DNA from: Candidatus Bathyarchaeia archaeon
GTDB lineage: Archaea > Thermoproteota > Bathyarchaeia > 40CM-2-53-6
Assembly: GCA_049513715.1 (NCBI GenBank)
Contig: JBEKVV010000001.1
Span: 96,001 to 160,000, forward strand
Direction of reading: 5' to 3'
Length of the DNA stretch: 64,000 bases
Part shown: positions 56,769 through 64,000 of the stretch, in pieces
How positions within the stretch are numbered: position 1 is the first letter of the stretch
Layout of the letters: every line of letters begins with the position of its first letter
Position numbers and translations under genes: made by a program
Notes under the pieces: model-generated
The model's input: the letters and a program-made list of their open reading frames with translations, nothing else
What the model was told of the DNA's origin: nothing
Database searches by the model: none

Positions 56769-57857
56769 TTGATGAAAGTGAACGGGGCTCTGAGAATGGG
56801 CGAAAAACAGAAATTCGGTAAGCCTAGTCGCGACTACTTGCGTAACGTGATTTTTCGGCGACTCGGAGCCCGACGAAGAGACATAATTGTCGGCCCAAGG
56901 TTCGGGGTCGACAACGCCGTTCTGAGAATTGCGCGGGGTAAGGTGCTGGTTGCAACCACTGATCCCGTCTCCTTCATACCGGGCCTGCGCGCGCAGGAAT
57001 CTGCTTGGCTCTCTGTGAACCTGATCGCTTCGGACTTGACTACAAGTGGATTCGCGCCGCAGTTCGGGATCTTTGATTTCAACCTTCCACCGCAAATGAC
57101 GGATGTTGCCTTCGAGTCTTACTGGAAGGCGCTTCACACAGAATGCGTCCGCTTAGGCGTGGCAATTGTGGGAGGGCATACTGGTCGATATCCTGGGTGT
57201 GATTATTCCGTAATCGGAGGCGGGGTCTTGTATGCCATGGGCCCGGAAACATGTTACCTAACCTCGGCTATGGCGCGACCGGGGGACGATATTGTTCTCA
57301 CGAAAGGAGTGGCCGTCGAGACAACCGCGGTGCTTGCGTCCGCTTTCCCTAAGACTGTCAGAAAGGCGATTGGCCCAACATTATTTCAGAACGCTCGCCG
57401 ATACTTGAGGAAGGTCAGCACCGTGAAGGACGCGCTAACTGCGGCATCGATTGGGGTTCATGGAGATGGTGTGACTGCGATGCACGATGCGACCGAAGGA
57501 GGAGTGGTTGCGGCCGTCGTTGAACTGGTAACCGCATCCAATCTAGGTGCGGAGCTCGATTTCTCTAGCGTTTCAATTTCACCCGAAACAGATGAGTTGT
57601 GTAGGTTCTTTCAGATCGACCCTTGGGCGTCACTAAGCGAGGGCAGCCTCATCATAGCATGCGGCCCCAGTAAGACCAATCGACTCCTCAACAAATTGCG
57701 CACGAAAGGGATAGGCTCAGACGTTATCGGGCACACGACATCGAGAGGTAAGTCCGTATTTGCTGCAACAGGAAAGCGGCGCAGCCGTGTCCTGTATCCC
57801 AGAGCTGACCCGTACTGGAAAGTGTACTGGAAGGGGATCGAGAAGGGGTGGCAATGA
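56769..57857 (+). CDS. AIR-synthase-related (PurM/HypE/ThiL superfamily) protein
   Basis: GVDNA, TTDP, VGGHTG and MHDATEGG. Confidence 0.9.
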   Translation: MMKVNGALRMGEKQKFGKPSRDYLRNVIFRRLGARRRDIIVGPRFGVDNAVLRIARGKVLVATTDPVSFIPGLRAQESAWLSVNLIASDLTTSGFAPQFGIFDFNLPPQMTDVAFESYWKALHTECVRLGVAIVGGHTGRYPGCDYSVIGGGVLYAMGPETCYLTSAMARPGDDIVLTKGVAVETTAVLASAFPKTVRKAIGPTLFQNARRYLRKVSTVKDALTAASIGVHGDGVTAMHDATEGGVVAAVVELVTASNLGAELDFSSVSISPETDELCRFFQIDPWASLSEGSLIIACGPSKTNRLLNKLRTKGIGSDVIGHTTSRGKSVFAATGKRRSRVLYPRADPYWKVYWKGIEKGWQ

Positions 57858-57876
57858 ACCCCAGCAGTCTTCCTTA

Positions 57877-58167
57877 CTAATCGTTTGACCTGAAATTCAG
57901 ATAGCCAATTTTGCCGATGCAGTTTCTGCACCAGAACTGGTTCCGCTCTGGTGAATATTCTGCGTACGCATCGACGACAACATTTCCACAACTCCAGCAA
58001 CGGAGGAGAAGCATCCGCTTCATTCTGTGGAACTTGAGCTCCTTCTGGTGTTCTTGCCAGGCGGTGTCCCCGTACTCGCAGACGGAGTTGCAGATCTCGC
58101 AGAAGTAGAAACTACCCATTACCGCCAGTTCGCGGGACTGGAATGCAAGGTCAGGAGATTGTGACAT
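57877..58167 (-). CDS. Small Cys-rich zinc-finger protein
   Basis: CEIC, CWSC and CRNC. Confidence 0.7.
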   Translation of the reverse strand: MSQSPDLAFQSRELAVMGSFYFCEICNSVCEYGDTAWQEHQKELKFHRMKRMLLLRCWSCGNVVVDAYAEYSPERNQFWCRNCIGKIGYLNFRSND

Positions 58168-58261
58168 GTGTTATCAACTGGAGATGCGATTTCCGAGCAC
58201 TGGAATGGCGGTCGTAAATATGCTTTCGGTTTAACCTATGAAATACGCCTCATGCAGTCCC

Positions 58262-59149
58262 TTAGGCTGGCTTGCAAAAGTCCAACAAGTACTCAAATGT
58301 AGTTCCCATTGTTATGTAATTTGAAGGCCACCCGAAGATTCCAACGCGGTTGACAATGTTCGTTCTATCCCAAATTATCGTGTTCCGAAACTCATAACCC
58401 GCTTCGGTCAAAGCTCGATGAACATGTATGTGAATCGGTATCCTTCGGCCATGCTTTCCGTCCCTCCACCACATGTCTGGGACATTGATGACCGCGTGGC
58501 CTCTCGGTCTCAGAACTGTCAGAAGCTTTTCGTAGATTAAGTGTAATTCCCGAGAATAATCATCGATTGCCAATGTTCCCAAGTCTCTGGGGTCTTGGCT
58601 ATACTGTTCTACGTTCAAGTATTGCTTGTTTTCTCTAAGGTTTCCTCTCCGGCTCTTGTTTAGCCTGGGCCGATTTAGAAGGTTAGCGTAGGGTGGCGAG
58701 GTAAAGATCAAGCTGATGGAATCGGGGGCTAGGCAGTTGAGTATGTTACGTGCGTCATCGCAGACCACAATCTGCCGTGTTTCACGCTTCCCGCTGAGTT
58801 CGTTAAGACGTGCTTTTGCGATTTCACAGTAACCCTCATTGAGGTCAAGCCCCACGGCGTTTCGCTCCAAGTCGCTGCAAGCAATTAACGTCGTTCCGAT
58901 TCCATTGAAGGGGTCCAGCACCAATTCCCCTTTGTGAGTGAAAAGCTCCACGACTCTCTTTGCTAGCGCTATCGGCATTACGGCGGGATGCTTCTCCTTG
59001 TCCCTAACGTCACGTTTTTCGTAGAAGACTCGCCACACGCCAATCTGCGCTTTAATCCAGTCCTTTGCATTCATACAGTTGATGTGCCCGTCCGGGCATT
59101 TGCAGAGCCTGTGGCCGGATATTGAAAGGCGGTTCTCTGATCCCAGCAA
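58262..59149 (-). CDS. Orphan N4-C/N6-A DNA methyltransferase
   Basis: HPAVMP, DPFNGIGTT and TSPPY. Confidence 0.92.
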   Translation of the reverse strand: MLGSENRLSISGHRLCKCPDGHINCMNAKDWIKAQIGVWRVFYEKRDVRDKEKHPAVMPIALAKRVVELFTHKGELVLDPFNGIGTTLIACSDLERNAVGLDLNEGYCEIAKARLNELSGKRETRQIVVCDDARNILNCLAPDSISLIFTSPPYANLLNRPRLNKSRRGNLRENKQYLNVEQYSQDPRDLGTLAIDDYSRELHLIYEKLLTVLRPRGHAVINVPDMWWRDGKHGRRIPIHIHVHRALTEAGYEFRNTIIWDRTNIVNRVGIFGWPSNYITMGTTFEYLLDFCKPA

Positions 59150-59599
59150 TCACAATTCACGCATCCCTTGCTGTGCGCTGCCGTTTGCACTCCAAGCGAT
59201 GACTTTGCTTGGTTTGATTTTGATGATGGGGCGTGTTTCCAACCTCATCTTAAGATATTGGCGGTACTTGCATCGCAAAAGCGAGATAGCCCGCGCGTGT
59301 TCTTCGCCTACGCGAATCACCTCTGCGAATCCATGCACGATAACGTAATGTAGCTTGTCCCAGTCTTCAGAGTAGTAATCAGCGATCAAAGAAACCTTGG
59401 GGTTCTCTTCTATGTTCAGAATTCGTCGGAGGCCGCCCGGGTCAGTGCGTTTTGGTTTTTCGTCGATTGGAGTGTATATTATCTCGTTGTCATACGCGAA
59501 ACAAATCGGCACGACGTAAGGTGTGCCCCCCTTTGTTGCGGTCGCAAGGTGAACTATCCTGGACCGCTTCAGTAACTTTCGAGCCCAGGGCTTTTCCAC
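59150..59599 (-). CDS. PPOX-class (F420-dependent, Rv0121-like) oxidoreductase
   Basis: HLAT...PYVVPICF, DEKPK and YSEDW. Confidence 0.88.
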   Translation of the reverse strand: MEKPWARKLLKRSRIVHLATATKGGTPYVVPICFAYDNEIIYTPIDEKPKRTDPGGLRRILNIEENPKVSLIADYYSEDWDKLHYVIVHGFAEVIRVGEEHARAISLLRCKYRQYLKMRLETRPIIKIKPSKVIAWSANGSAQQGMREL

Positions 59600-59661
59600 G
59601 TGCGGCGTTCGATGCAAAGCTCTTATTCCCACAGAACTATGACGTTAGATTTGAGTTAACT

Positions 59662-60060
59662 TTGCCTGTTTTCTTTACGCCTGAACAGGCGAGGGAGTTC
59701 CTGCCTGAGGTCCGGCAGACCGTTCAGCGCATAATCGCCATCAAAAAGGAGGCGGACGGCAAAACCGACGATGATGCGATTGCTGAGGCTATGGGACAGC
59801 TCGCGAAAGGAATTCAGAAACTCGAGGAACTCGGATGCGTTCTCAAGGACATGAATAGTGGTTTAATTGACTTCCCGGCCGTGAGGCTTGGAACGCGGGT
59901 TTGGCTTTGTTGGAAACTGGGCGAGGATGATGTGACCTTCTGGCATGAGCTGCACGAGGGGTACGCTGGAAGGAAACTGGTGGACGAGAAAGAATTCTAT
60001 CCTGATGATGTGGCAATCAAATCATTGACGGGTGAGGCTGTCACGAAACCTCACTCGTAG
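59662..60060 (+). CDS. DUF2203-family protein
   Basis: FTPEQA, KD..GLIDFP, LCWKLGE and WH....GYAGR. Confidence 0.9.
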   Translation: MPVFFTPEQAREFLPEVRQTVQRIIAIKKEADGKTDDDAIAEAMGQLAKGIQKLEELGCVLKDMNSGLIDFPAVRLGTRVWLCWKLGEDDVTFWHELHEGYAGRKLVDEKEFYPDDVAIKSLTGEAVTKPHS

Positions 60061-60639
60061 GACCTGCAGCTCCTCAAAGAAGAGCGGCCGTTTAGCCACT
60101 GGCGAGAACTCGAATTCCGAATACTCCTGAAGAAGTGACGGAATGTCGTTCACGCTACTCACAAGCATGAGGGCTGTTCCATCCTTTTTCAGATGACTGG
60201 GTAGTTCGAGCAGGAATCTTCGGATTACATCAGCCCCCATGAGGCCTCCATCAATCGCTCGATCTTTCACAGTCACACTGGGAAGATAGGGTGGGTTGAA
60301 CAGCACGAGGTCAAATGATTCACATACATTTGAGAAAAGGTCGGATTTAGTGGTGTCCAAATCAACCCCCAAACTCTTGGCTACCTCACGGGCGTGCTGC
60401 AATGCGATGCCGTCGATGTCAGATAGAGTGACCAAGGCACCTTGTAAGGCGCAGTACAATCCCAATACCCCAGAACCAGTCCCAAGGTCGAGCACGTTCT
60501 TCCCTGCTAGGTTGCCGGTGGGGATGGCGCTTACCATCAGGAAGCTGTCGTCACTTGGTGCATACACTTCTCCGGGTGGGTTACCGATTGCCTGAAGGAC
60601 CCTTTTCAGAATCTCAGATTCTTTTGTGGACTCCTGCAT
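60022..60639 (-). CDS. HemK2/PrmC-like protein-glutamine methyltransferase
   Basis: VYAPSDDS, DLGTGSG, FNPPYLP and LFFEEL. Confidence 0.92.
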   Translation of the reverse strand: MQESTKESEILKRVLQAIGNPPGEVYAPSDDSFLMVSAIPTGNLAGKNVLDLGTGSGVLGLYCALQGALVTLSDIDGIALQHAREVAKSLGVDLDTTKSDLFSNVCESFDLVLFNPPYLPSVTVKDRAIDGGLMGADVIRRFLLELPSHLKKDGTALMLVSSVNDIPSLLQEYSEFEFSPVAKRPLFFEELQVLRVRFRDSLTRQ

Positions 60640-60668
60640 GCTCTTCTTCTCTTAGGTCGGCTCTGTAG

Positions 60669-61283
60669 TCATGGTTCTGCCATAAATCGAATGAATTCTT
60701 CTTTGGTTCGCTTTTTCAACGTGTAGTTGTTCGACCGTTCGTAACCTATGGTGGAAGAGGGCTTGTTTCCGTAATCGTGGCCGGGGTATACCTTGACTGA
60801 ATCTGGCAGGGATAGGATTTTGTTGAATAGGCTGTCATACATATCTCCGGCATTTCCGCCGGTGAGATCGGTTCGTCCGCATTCACCCACGAAGAGAATA
60901 TCTCCAGTGAGCAATTTTCCGTTGATGAGGAGGCAGACGTGGTCGGGGCAGTGGCCAGGTGTGTGAAGCACATTGACCTTCAAGGATCCGACATTGAATG
61001 TGTCAGCGTCCTTGACACCAACGTCCTTCGGCACGGGGGATTTCTCGTGTGCAATGACTTTTGCGCCAGTACGCTGTGCTACTACATTGTTTCCTTGAGT
61101 GTGGTCGCTGTGTGAATGGGTGTTGATCACGTAGACGACTTTCAGCCCCAAGTCATCGCACAATTTGAGTAGCTTGTCAACGTCCCACGCGGGGTCTACT
61201 AAGGCCGCATCCTTTGTTTTTTCGTCCCCAATTATGTAAGAGAAGTTTTGGAAGGTGCCAACCGGAACCTGTTTGAATATCAT
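60669..61283 (-). CDS. Metallo-beta-lactamase-fold hydrolase (glyoxalase II/ETHE1-like)
   Basis: THSHSDH, TPGH, TGD and PGHDY. Confidence 0.93.
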   Translation of the reverse strand: MIFKQVPVGTFQNFSYIIGDEKTKDAALVDPAWDVDKLLKLCDDLGLKVVYVINTHSHSDHTQGNNVVAQRTGAKVIAHEKSPVPKDVGVKDADTFNVGSLKVNVLHTPGHCPDHVCLLINGKLLTGDILFVGECGRTDLTGGNAGDMYDSLFNKILSLPDSVKVYPGHDYGNKPSSTIGYERSNNYTLKKRTKEEFIRFMAEP

Positions 61284-61339
61284 AGGTGGCTGCTAGGGGA
61301 ATCAGCCAGCTTTAATCGGTTTCGATTGCACCATTCAAT

Positions 61340-61711
61340 TTGAGGGACAGTGAGATTGTGGTCGAGCTGATTGTTCTCGAACCTGATTTGTTCTTTTCAT
61401 CTAGGATTGAGAGCATTTCCGCGAAACTTGGAATTGAAATCCGGATTCTGACAAGCCTGCAAGATCTTCGAGCAGCTCTGAGTGTTGAAGCGCCCAAGGT
61501 TCTGGTGGTCAATTTAGACGCATTGGCGGCGGAACTAGAAACCCTGGGGAAGTTGACTGATAAGAAGTCGTTCAAAATCGTGGGTTACTACTCTCATGTG
61601 AATGCCAAGTTGGCTGAGGAGGCTAGGAAGTTTGGGGCTGACTTGGTTCTTCCACGAAGCGCTTTTGCCAACAGAATCCAGGATGTGTTGTCTGGGCTAA
61701 TGTCGGGCTGA
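61340..61711 (+). CDS. Stand-alone receiver-like domain protein
   Basis: DLFFSSRI, VLVVNL, SHV and GADLVLPRS. Confidence 0.75.
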   Translation: MRDSEIVVELIVLEPDLFFSSRIESISAKLGIEIRILTSLQDLRAALSVEAPKVLVVNLDALAAELETLGKLTDKKSFKIVGYYSHVNAKLAEEARKFGADLVLPRSAFANRIQDVLSGLMSG

Positions 61712-61712
61712 A

Positions 61713-62555
61713 TCAGGCCGCTAGCTCTTTCGCTTTGCGGAGGTCACGCAGTTCGTCTCCATTTTCGTCTATTGGAGTTTCCATTATGAAGGGTAGGTTT
61801 CGGATCTCTTCATGTTTGAAGAGAGCTTTGAACCCATTCTCGCCGATGTATCCCAACCCTATGTGCTCGTGCCTGTCGCGCCCTGAACCTTGTGGCCCTT
61901 TCGAATCGTTCAGGTGGACCACTTTTAGCATCTCGATCCCCAGAACCGCATCGAACCTACTGAATGTATCGTCAACTCCATGGGGGGTTCGGAGGTCGTA
62001 GCCTGCAGCAAAGGCATGTGCGGTATCAAAACAAACGCCCACTCTGTTCTTCTCTTCGATTCCGTTGATGATTCGTTTGATTTCCTCAAAAGTGGAGCCC
62101 ATGCTGTTCTTCGTCCCAGCAGTGTTCTCCAAGAGCAACATTGCTTCACCACGGTCGGCGGACAGAACCGTGTTGATTGCGGCAGTGAGCTTCTCAAGGC
62201 CCATCTCTGCTCCTCTGCCAAGGTGGCTACCTAGGTGTGTGACGATGTACGGTATTCCAAGGGTTGCACAACGGTCGAACTCGGCTGAAAGCGATTTGAG
62301 TGATTTGTTGTAGATGGGTTTGTTTGGGCTTGAGAGGTTGGGCAGGTAGGGCATATGTGTCACAACTGGGCTGAGCCCGTACGATTCACTCTTCCGCCTG
62401 AACTCTTTCACCTCATCTGTGCCTAGCTTGCTGAATTTCCACCCTCTAGGGTTTCGTGTGAACATCTGGAAGCATTCACAGCCCAATTCACGCGCGCGGT
62501 CGAATGCTTGGTCTTTGGTTCCGGAGATTGAAACGTGCACACCTAGCTTGACCAA
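61713..62555 (-). CDS. nfo: Endonuclease IV
   Basis: GVHVS, HMPYLPNL, LLENTAG, DTAH, HLNDSK and DRHEHIG; TTG start with GAGGTG. Confidence 0.96.
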   Translation of the reverse strand: MVKLGVHVSISGTKDQAFDRARELGCECFQMFTRNPRGWKFSKLGTDEVKEFRRKSESYGLSPVVTHMPYLPNLSSPNKPIYNKSLKSLSAEFDRCATLGIPYIVTHLGSHLGRGAEMGLEKLTAAINTVLSADRGEAMLLLENTAGTKNSMGSTFEEIKRIINGIEEKNRVGVCFDTAHAFAAGYDLRTPHGVDDTFSRFDAVLGIEMLKVVHLNDSKGPQGSGRDRHEHIGLGYIGENGFKALFKHEEIRNLPFIMETPIDENGDELRDLRKAKELAA

Positions 62556-62931
62556 GTGAAACCGCACCTCGTGGAGAAGTGATTGAACTAGCTGATTGTT
62601 TGAATAAAAAAGATGTTCCAGAGTATCATTCCACTTTGCTTTCACTCACAATTGCATCGGGTTCTCTTGTCGGAAAGGTTGATATGATAACGGACCTGCA
62701 CCGTGCAGCGATGGCCGCCGTAGCGTAGAGGAGTCCAACAACTCCACGAAACTTGGTAGCGTACAGACCATAAATGGGTACAAGGCTGTGGACCCTGCGG
62801 GGTGGGTTCAAAGCGCCCTCAAAAACGGCGTGAAACTCCCACCGGCGGCCCTCAAATTCCGGATGATTTTTCTGGCACTTGAACTCTAGAGATTGCAGTC
62901 TGTACGGATGGGATGTACAATCATAGATCAA

Positions 62932-63153
62932 ATGCAGCGTCGGACGGGACCGGGTTCGTGCGAAGTGTGTGGAAAACGCCCTGCAACTAGGAAAGCCAAA
63001 TTCACGGCGCAGTCCCTTGAATCGGCAGCGACCATGCCATTCGATGAGGAGGCTATGGTTGAAACGAATTTCGAGAAGAGGTTGTGTGAAGAATGTCTGG
63101 TGGCTCTGGGGAAAGCGAAGAATGTTTCAAATCTCGTTTCTGAACGGCTGTAG
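62932..63153 (+). CDS. Small zinc-finger protein
   Basis: CEVCG ... LCEEC. Confidence 0.7.
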   Translation: MQRRTGPGSCEVCGKRPATRKAKFTAQSLESAATMPFDEEAMVETNFEKRLCEECLVALGKAKNVSNLVSERL

Positions 63154-63271
63154 ATTGCTGGAGTTTTCGTTGTGCGGTCTTGGGGTAGGATAACGAAAAC
63201 TGAGCTGCAACCTTTTTCGGTGCTATAGCTGGTAAGGGTTAAAGGTTCGAGCGAACGGGGTTAGGGGAAGT

Positions 63272-63388
63272 GGGCCGGTAGTTCAGCCTGGTATGCCAGA
63301 TCCTTACTGGGCCAAAGAATGTCCGGTTTGCAAGTTCTTACACCAAGAGTCCGGAAGGTCGCGGGTCCAAATCCCGCCCGGTCCACCA
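63272..63388 (+). tRNA. tRNA-Ala(UGC) with two introns (63295-63316 at 21/22; 63333-63349 at 37/38) and encoded CCA
   Basis: G3:U70 identity pair; anticodon TGC at 63329-63331; BHB central helices TGGT/GCCA and TTTG/CAAG. Confidence 0.92.
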
Positions 63389-63484
63389 AAAACCGCTTTG
63401 GCGCCTTGGGTCTATCGTGAAGCTGTGTTAAGGACTAGGCAACAGAAACCGCCTGACAGATCACTCGATTTCCGGCGGGAGGCA

Positions 63485-64000
63485 TTATTCCAGCGGCTTA
63501 TCGAATTGTGCTGTGCTTACTTTCTTGCGAGTCTCAGCCACCAGAGCCATGACAGTTGGTAGCTTGATTTTTTCGAGTTTCGAGAGTATGTCTTCAACTA
63601 TGCGTGCTCGTCGAACCTGTTCATTTCCAAGTGAATATTCTTCGTACGCCCAGAGCAGAGCTTCGATTTTGTCGGCTGCCTTGACGATGCTGGATTCCGT
63701 ATTTTCCATGTCGGCTGTGGCTTTTCTGATCTTGACATATTCGTGGGCAAGCTCCTCGGGAAGCCCTCCCATGAGGTTTTCGAACCATTCCATTGCGCGA
63801 GCATCCAACACCCCCGCGAAGGATGTATCCTGGTGTTTGAATGGGTGGTGAATATCTCCAGTTCTAGCTTCTTCTGCGTCGTGTAGCAAAGCCATTCTCA
63901 GTAGTCTTTCAACATTGACTTGGTTCCCATTCCTAATTTCGAGGTCTGCGAGAATCATTGCATAGAGAGCGGTGAAGTATGAATGCTGAGCTACATCTTC
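63485..64000 (-). CDS. HD-domain 5'-deoxynucleotidase (YfbR-like), 5' end outside window
   Basis: VAQHS, ALLHDAEEARTGDI and VKAADKIE. Confidence 0.92.
   Translation of the reverse strand, partial: EDVAQHSYFTALYAMILADLEIRNGNQVNVERLLRMALLHDAEEARTGDIHHPFKHQDTSFAGVLDARAMEWFENLMGGLPEELAHEYVKIRKATADMENTESSIVKAADKIEALLWAYEEYSLGNEQVRRARIVEDILSKLEKIKLPTVMALVAETRKKVSTAQFDKPLE

Noticed and set aside
1..64000. CRISPR array, reverse transcriptase/DGR, IS transposase, rRNA
   Set aside because: No regularly spaced repeats or diagnostic protein motifs seen by eye
1..64000. Genome-wide amber (TAG) recoding
   Set aside because: Several full-length conserved genes end at TAG at the expected position, and no pyl genes are in the window

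Overview
Archaeal sequence, most consistent with a TACK-superphylum archaeon such as Bathyarchaeia. The taxonomy is inferred from BHB-intron tRNAs, TATA-type promoters, GGTGA/GGAGG ribosome-binding sites and gene content. The window has two halves. (1) About 1-28.7 kb is an integrated mobile element whose left end lies outside the window. It contains a probable integrase C-terminus, AbrB/RHH regulators, a Prim-Pol/Zn-finger/ATPase replication protein with an iteron-like array in its 3' end, an RHH-HerA/FtsK ATPase fusion and a DUF932-type leading-region operon. Its large defence-like cargo comprises a HEPN protein plus an HhH-glycosylase-like protein, a Type I R-M operon with a PIN nuclease between hsdM and hsdS, an unclassified MTase / membrane protein / AAA ATPase / wHTH cassette, and a tandem HEPN pair. 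The element ends at a complete tRNA-Leu(UAG) carrying two non-canonical introns. (2) About 29-64 kb is host chromosome: UPF0182, transporters, phosphoesterase, citrate synthase, GcvH-TusA fusion, rhodanese, guaB, fused ETF, a TPP riboswitch with a coupled leader ORF before thiT, endonuclease IV and a two-intron tRNA-Ala. Features absent from the ORF track include ATA/ACG start codons, a 47-aa Tyr-rich peptide, an eL42-like zinc-ribbon microprotein, a structured guaB leader and a frameshifted MFS gene. All family calls are by-eye motif recognition; no database searches were run.
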